From Eledone cirrhosa (taxonomy: Eukaryota): a stretch of DNA of 64,000 nt. The stretch covers positions 107,694,001 through 107,758,000 of the forward strand of contig OZ024741.1 of NCBI GenBank assembly GCA_964016885.1, given 5' to 3'. Positions 1 to 12,000 of this stretch are shown piece after piece. A program made the translations under genes and the position numbers. Under the pieces are notes generated by a model. It was not told the origin of the DNA, searched no databases, and saw nothing but the letters and a program-made list of their open reading frames with translations. The stretch's first letter is position 1. The number at the start of each line of letters is the position of its first letter.

Positions 1-54
1 CATTTTTTTTCCTATGGGCTGTAAAATAAATACTGAAAAAGGTTACATGCACCT

Positions 55-130
55 CTTGACCAGGAATGAATCCAACGTCAGGCTCTCCAACGTCTCTAGT
101 ACCTATCGCTAGGCCACAGACTCAACTACG
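55..130 (-). mobile_element. tRNA-like SINE head remnant
   Basis: Reverse complement reads GTGGCCTAGCGATAGG...GGATTCATTCCTGG, resembling Pol III A-box and B-box motifs. Confidence 0.35.
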
Positions 131-479
131 AAAATCTTATGAAAATTCATACTTATAAAACTACTTTCAAAATTTTCAAAACAAAATCATGTTGTGTCGT
201 TTATGTCTTTCTTAATGTAATTGCTCTTACTTCAGGTCGACTTCTAAATCATTTGGGTGTTCCATAAACTACATCCTCATCTATCTAGACTACATTTTAA
301 CCTGTAATCCATGCTTCATTTCTGTTCCACCTCATTTCTCCCCCACCTATCTCTCTGTCTTTCTCTCCGTGATATTTGAATCAACTATGATTTGGGCTTA
401 CCTTATATATGTTTACCTTATATATGTTTACTATATATATGTTTTTGCATGTCAGTTAAATTCAAACTTACAATGATTG

Positions 480-515
<36 letters not shown>

Positions 516-729
516 GTCGGACTAGAACTAAAAATAGTGGTTGCCATCATTTAATTTTTATAATGAATTAATAACATTTAAAAAAAATACATAAGTGGAA
601 ACAAAACAGTGCAATCAAATTTTTGCGGAAAAATATCTTACCTTCTCCAATAAAAAATATGTATTTTGCGAAATCCGGAGACTTTCAACAATGACCTTTT
701 GTCTTTCACACTCACTCAATATATATATA

Positions 730-764
<35 letters not shown>

Positions 765-769
<5 letters not shown>

Positions 770-1743
770 AAGAAACCATGGTAGAGATATAATTACGATA
801 TGTGCGCATTTCTTCTAAGTTTAATTTTACTACTAATTGTGTGTGGTTGATGGTATATTTGGTCAGTTTCTACATGCTGTCGAAATGTTGGATAAATAAT
901 GAAACGGGGCCGCCGCGAAGAGGCTACGGTCGATTATTTGTCGGAGATTTCCCCATAAGAGAATTTATTCTTATAGCTTGCTAGGATTGATTTTGTATAT
1001 GGTTAATTATGCTAATTAGAAGAAGAAATAGTATATATTTTAATATCTGATGATTCTAAAGACATGATTTATGATATAATGCTCTGATTTTTTTATTTTA
1101 ATTTATTAATTCTTCATAGAGCTTAAAAGTGAACAGTTGCAACATATATATATCTTTAACTTTATGTATATGATAACCTTTATATTTAATAATCTCCCAA
1201 TAGGTTGAGATTAAATTTGGCGATATATGGCTGCGCTTTCTAGCAGCAAGCCTACCCGCCGTAAGCAACCAATCACACTCTTTCTCTCTGGCTGGAACAC
1301 AGCTACATAGCATTTTTTAGCCATTTTTGAATCTAAATTTGGCGGGATCGGATTGAAAAACTAGATGTCTGATTTTGAGTTTGTCTCCTGATGAAACCTA
1401 ACTCTGGACATTCCTATTATTTGGATGTCCTAAATAAGGAAGAAACCATGGTAGAGATATAATTACGGTATGTGCGCATTTCTTCTAAGTTTAATTTTAC
1501 TACTAATTGTGTGTGGTTGATGGTATATTTGGTCAGTTTCTACATGCTGTCGAAATGTTGGATAAATAATGAAACGGGGCCGCCGCGAAGAGGCTACGAT
1601 CGATTATTTGTCGGAGATTTCCCCATAAGAGAAGTTATTCTTATAGCTTGCTAGGATTGATTTTGTATATGGTTAATTATGCTAATTAGAAGAAATAGTA
1701 TATATTTTAATATCTGATGATTCTAAAGACATGATTTATGATA
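765..1743 (+). mobile_element. Non-coding retrozyme-like element (family A): about 1.45 tandem copies of a 670-nt monomer between (TA)n tracts
   Basis: 765-1077 is repeated almost perfectly at 1435-1743 (period 670). An HHR sits at the junction, and (TA)n flanks both sides. Confidence 0.8.
1382..1459 (+). ncRNA. Minimal type I hammerhead ribozyme
   Basis: tgtctc-CTGATGA-[hairpin ggacattcc/ggatgtcc]-GAAAC-catg-GTA-gagata; stem I tgtctc/gagata; palindromic stem III ACCATGGT. Confidence 0.8.
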
Positions 1744-1796
1744 TATATATATATATATATAGTTAAAAGAATAGAGGTGTAACACACAAGTTATTA

Positions 1797-2013
1797 TATA
1801 TTGGTAAACGGAATAGAAAATGCTGACAAATTGTTCACAGTTGAAAAATGGTTTAATTAGGAATAAAAGAGTATTAGTGATTGTATGGGTTAGTATTCAG
1901 TTGTGGTTTTAAGTTTTTAAGTTTTTACCGGTTGCGCATTTCTAAATGCTTTTCAAAAATAATTTTGAGATAGAGTGTCCGTGCTGTTTGCTCAGCATTT
2001 TCTATTCCGTTTA

Positions 2014-2018
<5 letters not shown>
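1797..2018 (-). mobile_element. PLE 3'-end (pLTR) fragment with short fold-back
   Basis: 1797-1992 is the reverse complement of 55754-55950, downstream of the PLE at 52.7-54.7 kb. 1993-2018 is an inverted copy of 1797-1826. Confidence 0.75.
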
Positions 2019-2104
<86 letters not shown>

Positions 2105-2458
2105 GTGTGTGTATCTATATATCTGTATATTTTATTAGAAAGTGAACAACACAAAATATAAATACTCCATTATGTGTGCGTGCATCTGTATATATGCGTA
2201 TGTATATGTGTATGTCCGTGTGTATATATATATATGTATATATACATGTATATATACATATATATATTTTTACCTTTTATCTGAATGTGTGTATATGTAT
2301 GTACACATGTCTTTTTCTATATTGCTATATATTTTTATTTTTTATATATTATTTTTCTTACCCTTCTTTTCTTATGTATATTTCCCGTTATTTTTCCAGC
2401 CTAACTTCCAATTTTTAACAGGTTTTAAATCTCATTTCAGATCTTTTATCTATAACAT

Positions 2459-2531
2459 CTCTGTCTGACGATCGATCCAGACGCATATTATATTATTATC
2501 GTCTGTGATCCAGAAACCTTTGGTAATGGAG
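2459..2531 (+). ncRNA. Type I hammerhead ribozyme
   Basis: ctctgt-CTGACGA-tc gatc cagacg..cgtctg t gatc ca-GAAAC-ctttg-GTA-atggag; stem I ctctgt/atggag with G-U pairs. Confidence 0.75.
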
Positions 2532-2723
2532 TAGTTATATTTTCTGTTAGTCTTTTACTCTTTCACTTGTTCCAGCCACCCGGCTGAGGCCATGCTGGGA
2601 CACCGCCCTGTTAACTTTCTAATTAAATAGCTCAGTTCTATATATAGAGCACATTTTTTTTCCTTTGCTTTTTCTTCGGAATTACCTATCACATATCTAT
2701 CTATCTATTACTTTGGAAGAAGC

Positions 2724-3875
2724 ATGCTCCTTTGCTGCCAACACCCTTCCAACGGAGGGCTGGGGATGCCGTGGCTGACGATGCGCAAACACGCGCTCTG
2801 GCTGCGGCACCTCCCCGCATTCATCACCGGACAACCGGTCTGCGCCCCGTTCGTGAGACGAGCCTTCCCACGACTCGTCTCGCTGATCGAGCTGCAGTCC
2901 TGGGTCAAGCAAAGACCGAGGAAAATGGGCGACTGGCACCTCGAATGTGCTCAGGCGCTCACAGCCCTCTGGCAGGCGGACCCGGCGATCAGTGGAGACT
3001 CCACTTCGTCATTCTATAGAGGGTTGGTCAGCGGCAAATGCGACGACGCGCTCGCAGAAACTCTAGGCGTAGAGGAAGATGAACTGGCCAGTCTGTTCGT
3101 TAGGGCCTTCCGGCCGGGACCGATGGACAACTTCCAAAAGTCTCTGGTCTGGCAGTGCTACCGAGAAGCTCTATCAGTTCAAGACATACTCTACAGAAAC
3201 GGCTGCCCGGGCAGAAAAAGATCTGTCCGAAATGCGTGCGAGACGAAGAAACCGTCGCGCACGCATTCGTACACTGCCCGGGCGTTACCGACCTGTGGGG
3301 CTATGCAGAACCACTATTGTCGCGGGTGGGACCAATCCGGTTGACCACCAAGTCCATTGTCATGATCAAACCGTCACCCTCCTTCAAAAACGAAGGAGAG
3401 GCGGTTTTCCTCAGTGTGATAGTTATGGCGAAAGAGGTTGCATGGTGGACGAGGTTAAAAGGGCTGAGGTCAGACACCTTTCTCTCCGGCCAACAACTGA
3501 TTCTTTTTTTGAAATACCACTTTGGAAGAAGAATCAGGATGGAGAGAGAGGTGCTGTACTCCAGCAATTGTTATGAAAGGTGGGTGAAAGTGGCGAGAAT
3601 GGCCCGAGGGAATGGACCTTCTCTCTATATCAGCCTGTAGGTTGAGGAAAAAGAGGAACAGAGGAAAGGGGTACCCACTCTTCGTACTCCTGGAGATGAG
3701 GGTTGCACATTTTTTCGGGGGTATGTTTTACCCATATGTAATGTCTCCCCCTATTGGGGAAAATCGATTGTTTTTTAAATTGTATTTGTGATAGTATTTT
3801 ACACGTTTTTATTGTATGTAAACTTCCCCCTTTGTATTTGTCCCCTTCTTTTGTGCCCCTGTGGCTAATAAAGAA
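2724..3875 (+). pseudogene. 3' fragment of Tx1/L1-clade LINE ORF2 (post-RT region and zf-RVT), frameshifted, with 3' UTR
   Basis: Overlapping ORFs 2724-3344 and 3155-3640; CPKC...ETVAHAFVHC zinc-knuckle; AATAAA at about 3867 followed by microsatellite. Confidence 0.8.
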
Positions 3876-4227
3876 ACATATCTATCTATCTATATATATA
3901 TATATTTATATATATATATTAGCCGTGTGCCTAATAAAGAAATGTATATATATATATATGACAAGTAAGTATGTTTTGAAACAGTGAGCAGGTTTGAAAT
4001 TAGAAAATAGAATAGCTTTCACCGTATTTTTGACTAAAGAAATTTTAGCCTGATAATGGGGTTTAGAACCCTCAGATAAATGGAAAAAGATGAGCATTGA
4101 CGTACACGTAACTCTATGCTGCAATACATGGCAACCGACCTTCTACCGATACTGCCAAACCACCGCCAAGAATACATACATAATATTATGCAAACATACA
4201 TATATAGACACAGCCACACAAACATAG

Positions 4228-4410
4228 ATTGGCAGTATCGCTAGGTCTGACGCCATGCTTTGCAGCATATAGTTACGGCCTTTTACAGTCTGAGTTCAAT
4301 TCCTGCAGAGGTCAACTTTGCCTTTCATCCTTATGGGGTCGATAAAATAAAGAACCAGTAATGTACTGGGTAATTGCTGGCTTTGTGCCAAATGTAGAAA
4401 CAATTATATA
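4228..4410 (+). mobile_element. tRNA-derived SINE (family S1)
   Basis: GGCAGTATCG...GAGTTCAATTCC...CTTTGCCTTTCATCC..GGGGTCGATAAAATAAAG..CCAG...GAAACAATTAT tail; many copies in the window. Confidence 0.85.
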
Positions 4411-4999
4411 TGTATTCATGGATAAATTATGTCTAAAAGTATATCACAGGTTCTTTTAATACGATTCCCCTTACATGCTGTTTGCAGTCAGAACTGTATT
4501 CGTGTTACCGATTTATGTCGGTTTCCCCATGCTTGACTTCTCTGGATGAAGAAATTAATAGTACTGAATTTAATCTCTGCATCTGGTACACGTTTCAGCT
4601 GAGTGAACTGTTACCACGTGAAGTGATGTAGCTCATTAAAAGTCAGAACGCACTACATGGACTGCGAATTAATCACACGAACTCATGATTGAGCGCTTAG
4701 CACACAGAACATTCTGTCTAAACCACACTCATGTTTCTTAATGATTAAGTGACTGAAGAATACTAAATTCATAACTTTTGGTTATTCTTCGAACATATTA
4801 ACAATTCGTATTTCGTTTATTAATAATAAATCATAAAGTATTTCACGTCAAATATTTGTTATAAGCCACAGATATTTTATGTTAAATATGAAATAAAATT
4901 TATAATGTAATATGGGAATGACTTCTTGATGTATAGTACATGGTATAGCAATTAATAAATAGAAAAACAAAACAAAACAAAACAGAGTTAAAGTCTGTC

Positions 5000-5275
5000 C
5001 CAATGAAAGAGGATCATCAGACCGCTGGTTATCCCGGTTATCATAGGCGTGAAGTGACTGAGAGTAGAAGACTTTCCCCGGGACAGGGTGTGAGTTCATC
5101 GCAGGGTTATCGCCCAACCATAACAGGTAGTCATTTTCAGCAGAGTTTACTGGAGAAATATGAAATAAAAAGTTTAACTTGAAGACCACAACGCACAACC
5201 TTGTCCAGGAATCGAACCCACAACATTATGATCGTAACTCCTACACCCTAATCACTAGGCCACGCATCGTCACAA
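5000..5275 (-). mobile_element. tRNA-derived SINE (second family)
   Basis: Reverse complement begins GCGTGGCCTAGTGATTAGG...GGTTCGATTCCTGG; head resembles the copy at 40890. Confidence 0.65.
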
Positions 5276-5821
5276 TTATTGAATATATGTATAAAAATAT
5301 TCGGAAAATTTCATTTATATTTTTAATATTGGGTTGAATTATCGATTTAGGTTTGTCAGAAAGCAATTAATTCTTCAGTGGACTCACCATTAAAAATCAG
5401 ACATGCTAACCTGGTGTCACCCATTGTGTTAACTGTAAATGATAAATGACTTGAAGTGAATTAAGATGTCAGCAGGATAGACTGTGGAAAGTATGATGTC
5501 ATAATGCCAGTGATGTCCTGATTGGCTGCTGTAAATTGCTTCAGATTACGACGGGATTTATGGATAATAACAATAGCCAAGTTATGTTGTGAATCTTCTG
5601 GGTATTAAGACTCAACAAAATAGACAATTCACGCTGTTTTGAAGACCATTACACATAAATTGTGAAAACATGACTTACAATGTTTTATTTATTAGGAACA
5701 AAAAAAAGTAACGTCATAAATGTTGTACGCACCTTTCATAAATATTCAGTATTTTTTAATCAAGAAATAAATGAATCAATATTTTTGGAAACTCACCTTT
5801 ATTTGTTTGTTCAGTCATTGA

Positions 5822-7650
5822 TTACTTGGGGAGAGGAGTACTATCACGTCTTCTATTCCTTCCACTGCGTTTCCTATCCCCTATGCAGTTTGCCCTCTCT
5901 TCGTCTATATTATTACTGGTTCCACCAGGTGTGGTTGCTGTGCACCCAGTGGTATGTGCGTTGGTCTCAAGTCTCCTAGGCCTCTGTCCCCCGATTTCAC
6001 TGTTGGACTTGCTCGGGGCGGCATAGCGCTTACCAGGCGTGTGGGCCCTATCCGTGTCTGCGTTGCGAGTGTTGCTGTTCTTATCTAACTTCCTATTGTC
6101 CCTATTCGTCTTTCTAGCTCTCCTTCCACCTCCCATGGACATATTGTGCGTGATTACAGTGCTGGGCTGGGGTGGCGGGGTGGTGCCGACTGTCTCAACA
6201 TAATGGAGTTTATCTTTGTGCCCTGACCCAGCTAGCGCCTTATTGTAATATTCCGCGTTCGCTTCAAATGCGGTCACGCTGCTAGATAGTCCGCTAATCC
6301 TACTAGATACTCCCTTAACTATTGCTTTGAGGACTGAGCCTGGGTGGTTGGAGTTGGCATTGACGTACGTCAGCCTTTCGTTAGGTTTATGGTACGGTGC
6401 ATATTCTAACTTATCTAGGTCTAGTGTGGCGTCTAAAAAGTTGACTACCTTACTATTTCTATCCATAGTTATTGATAGGTTAAAATTCTTGAAGAATTTA
6501 TAAAGGTCCTTTCTAGTTCTTTCTAGGTTGTGTCGTTTAAAGTCCACAGTAAGCAATGCGTCGTCACGGTATAGCCCACCTCTGAGGTGTGGGAGCTGCT
6601 CGTTGAGCTTCTTGAGCAGGTACAATCCGACGAGGTCTGTCACCTGCGCTGAGTCGCTAGACCCCATAGTGATGTCGAAATTGTTACGAGTGTTCTTGCG
6701 CGTCTACAATTCATCCTCAAATGTGATAATTGTTTTACGAGCGGCAAGGACTATGTCAATCTGGGATCTAGCGAGTCCGCCCGTCCGCATTGCCAACATG
6801 AGCGCCTTATTTAGTAGTATGGGGGATATAGACGTATAGTAGGAGTCTATATCGAACTGGATGAAGCGTAGTGACTTGTGGTTGCTAATGCTTGAGAACC
6901 ACTTTATCACTTCTGCAGTCTTTCCCATAGGTCCAGGCTAATCCTGTCTTTAACTTTCGGTATGACTTCATCTAGTATTTTTTTACTTATAATCCCTATG
7001 TCAGATTTAGAGGGGCTAATGAGCCTGACAGAGGGGCTACTTGCAAAGTCCTCCTTATGGTCTTTCAGTGTGAACCTTGGTTTGCGGGGGGTATAAGGTT
7101 GTGTGCATTTCTCTAATCCTAGCTTCGTTACTATCACTTTAGCCTCCCTGTTAATCTCATCTAGGTTGGCTACAGTGGTTTTTTTATAGTTTTTATGTAG
7201 CTCATTGTATATGAAGCCGCGGTATTCCTCATAGCTCAGGTTGTACATATTCCTAGTCTTGTCCGAGGGTACTAGTATACACTTTCTGTCCTTAAAAGAT
7301 TTAAGTAGTGATTCTAACTTTTTTTGGAAGCCGCTACGCTTACAGTTTTTCCTTTTAAATCTAATAGACCGGACGAGAGACAAAAGGTCACTCTCAAATT
7401 TATCGAGCAGAGGGTTATGGGGCGGGCTCCTAAATGTCCTAAAACCATACTTATTATTCGATGGACTCTCTAGTGGGGCGTTACGGCGCCTATCGAAGTG
7501 AAAAGTGCGCCATCTTATTCTCCTTACAAACGAGTTAACGCTGGTTATAAGCTGCTTTTCATAAGTACCCCTTGGTGGTATGGGTATATTCTTAAGTGAT
7601 AACGGAAGATGGTCCTTTGTCAGCATACTGTCAGTGTATTGAAAAGCCAC
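5822..7650 (-). pseudogene. Naiad-like Penelope-like element RT ORF, disrupted and 3'-truncated before GIY-YIG
   Basis: SLKNIPIP, SDKTRN, TLKDHK, FDIDSYY, MGSSDSAQVTDLVG and LYRDD motifs. A 1-nt frameshift lies at about 6925 and a TAG (probably Trp) at 6704-6706. Confidence 0.9.
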
Positions 7651-7860
7651 CCCAGGGCGGTGTGTTTTTCAGTGAAGGTTAAGCTCTACCGGAGGGAGCT
7701 AAATAAGTAAGATGTATGGTAGGTCGTATGTGAATCGCGATGATCACGTCTGACTTACCAAATATGTGACGGTAGCTAGTTAAGCTCTATGCGTATACGC
7801 AGAGCAGAAATATTAGTGAAAAAGAACAAAGGAACTATTATGACATTATAACAAGTTTAT

Positions 7861-7907
7861 TGCCGACAGCCGTTTCGTCCGACCCCATGGTGGGACTTAT
7901 CAAGGCA
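7861..7907 (-). ncRNA. Hammerhead ribozyme, U3-A8 core variant
   Basis: Exact reverse complement of 10124-10170. Confidence 0.8.
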
Positions 7908-8825
7908 TATAACATGTGATTGAAAGATCATTGTTTACATCAACGTATCACTCAAGGCTAGCAGTTTGAAATTGTTGTATACATCAGCAACTCCGCTTGT
8001 ATAGTTGGGGTCAATATTCTAAGGGGGGCTCTTTTATATTAGTTGTCGGGGTCAGGGATTGAAGTTTAAAAATTAGACAAAAATATATAATTTACGCATC
8101 AACATTAAACTAAAAGACTCGGGGTCCCGTAGAAGCACCTTAGAAAATCCCTCAATGAGTGCATAAAGCTTACAGGCTCCAATAAACCTATTAGACTAGA
8201 AGAAAATTAAGAGTATAAAGTTTCCCTAAAAAATATATAAAGTTCCTATGAAATTTCTTCTAGAGAAAAAAAATTTTTTCCGAAAGAAAAAAACCTTCTT
8301 CCCCCGAGATCACGTTTACAAAATTCAGAAAACTGAATTGAAAACTAGGTTGAAAGAAACTAATCAATTAGAGGTTAATTCAGAGAGCCTTCCATAAATC
8401 TCTCAGAAAAGGCCCCTTTAATATTTCCAATAGGAACTTCTTCCGAGAGACCCTTCGAAGAATTAAAATTTTAGAGAGCCTTTAAGGATAAATATAAAAA
8501 CGAATTGAGGAAAATTATACATTAAAAGTTAAAAATTAAAAATTACGGTATTTGGGATATCCGAGGAATTTTCAAAGGGCTGCTTCAACAGATACAACTT
8601 AGGCATAATAGATACAATAATCTAAGCAATTTAAGTAATTTAATTAGGGAGCAATTCAAGGAGTTTATCAAGTTGGGCAAGATTAAAGAAAGTGGTAACT
8701 AAGAAAATACATAAGCAAAAAGACAATAATTATAAAATGTATCTTTAAGAAGGTATAAGGTAGCTTCAGTGATCTAACCATGTATTATCACAAAAAAAAC
8801 ATTCTAAAATTATTGATACAGGATT

Positions 8826-8998
8826 AAAAATTATTACAAAATTATTACAAAATTACCACAAAATCATTACAAAATTATCAAATCATCACAAAATTACCAC
8901 AAAATCATTACAAAATTATCAAATTATCATAAAATTATCGCAAAATTATTACAAAATTATCATAAAATTATTACAAAATTATCACAAAGTTATTGATA
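8826..8998. repeat. 11-bp minisatellite (AAAATTATTAC-like)
   Basis: Degenerate tandem units visible directly. Confidence 0.85.
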
Positions 8999-10123
8999 CA
9001 GGATCAACAAAGACAACAATATATATTCCTGCCCAATCAACAAGTAATCAGAACACTATTAACGGTCAGGCAAAATTAGCTCAGGGATATCCCGCGCACG
9101 GATACTTTACACACACACAGCAACACATAGGACTAGCACAGACACAATGGTACATTCTTGCCTAAATAACAAACAATTGATTAACAATTGATGGTCAAGA
9201 AAATGTACTCAGGGATATCCCGCGCACTGATATTTACATACATATAACAGGATGAACAGTACTGGTGACCGTGTGGGCGCGATATCCATTCTGCCTATGC
9301 AGTTCCCTGCATAGCTCCAGGCACGATATCCATTATGCGTATGCAGTCATCTGCATAGCTCCAGGCGCAGCTGGTCTTGTTTAAACGTTCATAGATCACC
9401 TGGGGTTCACTATTATCTGCGTGGACTCTCTGGGAGATGTACCTGTGGATCTAATAGCCAGTGGTTGCCGGATGTGGTCCGTTCGATCTTTTAGTTTCAG
9501 GGGTTGAACGCTTTCGCGATAGACGAGCCTGCCGGTTCTAAGTCCAATGTTTCGCTACGCAGGATGTATTGGTCTACATGCTATATTGTTAAAAAACCAG
9601 TGTGGATTTGACTGGGGTGGTATATTACGAACTCCACGTCCACACGCGACTGGTCAAAAGCGAAGGGCTGTCCACTCTTTGTTTGCTGTATGGGTCGGTC
9701 TCAGCTTAGATGGTGGTCGAGTTATCCATATTCCGTCAGCCCTCTAGAAGAAATTTCATAGGAACTTTATATATTTTTTAGGGAAACTTTATATTTTTAT
9801 TTTCTTATTTTATTAGCCTCTTAATTTTCTTCTAGTCTAATAGGTTTATTGGAGCCTGTAAGCTTTATGCACTCATTGAGGGATTTTCTAAGGTGCTTCT
9901 ACGGGACCCCAAGTCTTTTAGTTTAATGTTGATGCGTAAATTATATATTTTTGTCTAATTTTTAAACTTCAATCCCTGACCCCGACAACTAATATAAAAG
10001 AGCCCCCCTTAGAATATTGACCCCAACTATACAAGCGGAGTTGCTGATGTATACAACAATTTCAAACTGCTAGCCTTGAGTGATACGTTGATGTAAACAA
10101 TGATCTTTCAATCACATGTTATA

Positions 10124-10170
10124 TGCCTTGATAAGTCCCACCATGGGGTCGGACGAAACGGCTGTCGGCA
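10124..10170 (+). ncRNA. Hammerhead ribozyme, U3-A8 core variant
   Basis: tgcc-TTGATAA-gtcc..ggac-GAAAC-ggct-GTC-ggca, followed by AATAAA. Confidence 0.8.
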
Positions 10171-10323
10171 ATAAACTTGTTATAATGTCATAATAGTTCC
10201 TTTGTTCTTTTTCACTAATATTTCTGCTCTGCGTATACGCATAGAGCTTAACTAGCTACCGTCACATATTTGGTAAGTCAGACGTGATCATCGCGATTCA
10301 CATACGACCTACCATACATCTTA

Positions 10324-10363
<40 letters not shown>

Positions 10364-10384
10364 CGTATATATGTTATATACACA

Positions 10385-11280
10385 GTCCATAGAATCATTT
10401 GATAATATATATACACCATTTCCTCTCCCAACTAGCATAATTAACCACACAAAAATCAATTAAACCAGGCTATAAGATTAAAAGGCACCTATGAAGAAAT
10501 AGTGGATAAATAAAGGACAGCAGTCTATTCGCCACCAACCGCTATAGAATATTTGCCCAACATTTCCATAGCACGTGGAAATCGATTAATTATACCGTCA
10601 ACCATACACAATTAGGTATAACATTAAAGTTAGAAGAAAATATTGGGCAATATTGGTCTGCGCTTTCTAGCAACCAGCCCACTCGCTGTAATCAACCAAT
10701 CACATTATTTCTGACTTGACCACTACCACGTCACAGTTCTTAGCCATTTTGAATTCGTTTCTGGCGGGGATCACTTAAGAAAATTATTTGTCCAAACGAG
10801 TTTGTTTCCTGATGAGTTCGAAGCTCGAGATTTTATCTTTGATAGGATATTTCCCAAAGCGAACGAAACCCTGAGGGTAGAAACGTAATCCTGGTATGTG
10901 TATATGCATTTTTCTTATAACTTGAATTTTATACCTAATTGTGTATGGTTGACGGTATATTTAATCGATTTCCACGTGCTATGGAAATGTTGGGAAAATA
11001 TTCTATAGTGGTTGGTCGCGAATAGACTGCTGTGGTTTATTTATCCACTATTTCTTCATAGGTGCCTTTTAATCTTATAGCCTGGTTTAATTGATTTTTT
11101 GTGTGGTTGATTATGCTAATTGGGAGAGGAAATGGTGTATATATATTATCAAATGATTCTATGGACATACTTTATAGTATATTGCTCTGATTATTTAATT
11201 TATTAATTCATCATTGAGCCACATCGTGAATGGTTGCCAAAACATATATATCTGTGACTTTGTCTAGTTTGTGTATATGT
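10385..11280 (+). mobile_element. Diverged family-A retrozyme-like copy with inverted 5' arm (10385-10620 / 10930-11166)
   Basis: Collinear similarity to 1210-1743 and 1077-1180 (ctgcgctttctagcaa, aaccaatcaca, agccattttgaat, HHR, ctaattgtgt.tggttga); inverted duplication. Confidence 0.8.
10804..10884 (+). ncRNA. Type I hammerhead ribozyme
   Basis: gtttc-CTGATGA-gttcg...cgaac-GAAAC-cctgagg-GTA-gaaac; all three stems pair. Confidence 0.85.
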
Positions 11281-11351
11281 AAATCTTTATATATATATAT
11301 ATATACATGTATCTCTAGGTATGTATATATAAGTATCCATCCATCCATCCA

Positions 11352-11382
<31 letters not shown>

Positions 11383-11423
11383 TTCCCCGAAAAGGTTTGA
11401 AAATCAATGCAAAATTTATCTAT

Positions 11424-12000
11424 AACTATCTGGCCCGTCCGGCTGTCGTCCGGCTAGGTATACCGGCATTTTATCTTTTCAGGAATCCCCCTACTCTCTA
11501 GTGTAAAGATACCGCACGCCCTCTCAACTCAGCGAGGGGTGGGGGGTGAACGGGCTCTGATGTTGGGTTTGAATAGTTTTGGGGATTCCCCAGTTCAGCA
11601 GAGAGTACGTTAAAGGAAATTGATAATTACAATAATTGTTTCTAATTTAGGCACAAGGCCAGCAATTACCCAGTGCATTACTGGTACCTTATGTTATCGA
11701 CCCCGTAAGGATGAAAGGCAAAGTCAACCTCGGCGGGATTTGAACTCAGATCGTAAAGGGACATAACTATGCTCGAAAGCATGGCGTCCGACCCTCTACC
11801 GATACTGCCAGAGGCTGAACAGAGAACACATTTTTTAACAAACAATGATTTGTACAATGGAAATTCAAAGTAACAGAAGATATATTTAAAACACATTGTT
11901 AGAACCTCAGACTATACAATATTTTTTGTTCAGCCCTCCGGAGCAAAGATCAAGAGATTACTTGACGAGCTAACCATAGAGCATCCTACATACAATTGAC
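11424..12000 (-). mobile_element. Non-autonomous Helitron-like repeat (3' portion); homologous to 43860-44252
   Basis: GC-rich subterminal hairpin (CCGG...CCGG) about 10 nt from an AGT end; second copy in the window. Confidence 0.5.
11631..11810 (-). mobile_element. SINE S1 nested in the Helitron-like repeat
   Basis: Reverse complement of the S1 consensus; absent at the homologous position of the 44.07 kb copy. Confidence 0.85.

Larger units (their letters stand above)
7703..10328. repeat. Inverted pseudo-LTRs of the Naiad-like element (7703-8264 / 9742-10328) with intervening UTR
   Basis: About 560-bp near-perfect inverted repeat; the right arm ends in (TA)n. Confidence 0.9.

Noticed and set aside
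1047-1075. CTGATGA at 1047 and 1714, plus similar boxes at 31953, 37017 and about 43220 (-)
   Set aside because: No correctly placed GAAA/NUH or paired stems.
802-1654. Duplicated 60-aa ORF (802-984, 1472-1654)
   Set aside because: It has a GTG start and lies in the non-coding tandem repeat; I see no supporting ORF in the diverged 10.9 kb copy.
5822-7650. Selenocysteine recoding, as reported for some Naiad elements
   Set aside because: The interruptions are a frameshift and a TAG at a probable Trp. I saw no in-frame TGA at Cys positions here or in the 57350-58513 ORF.
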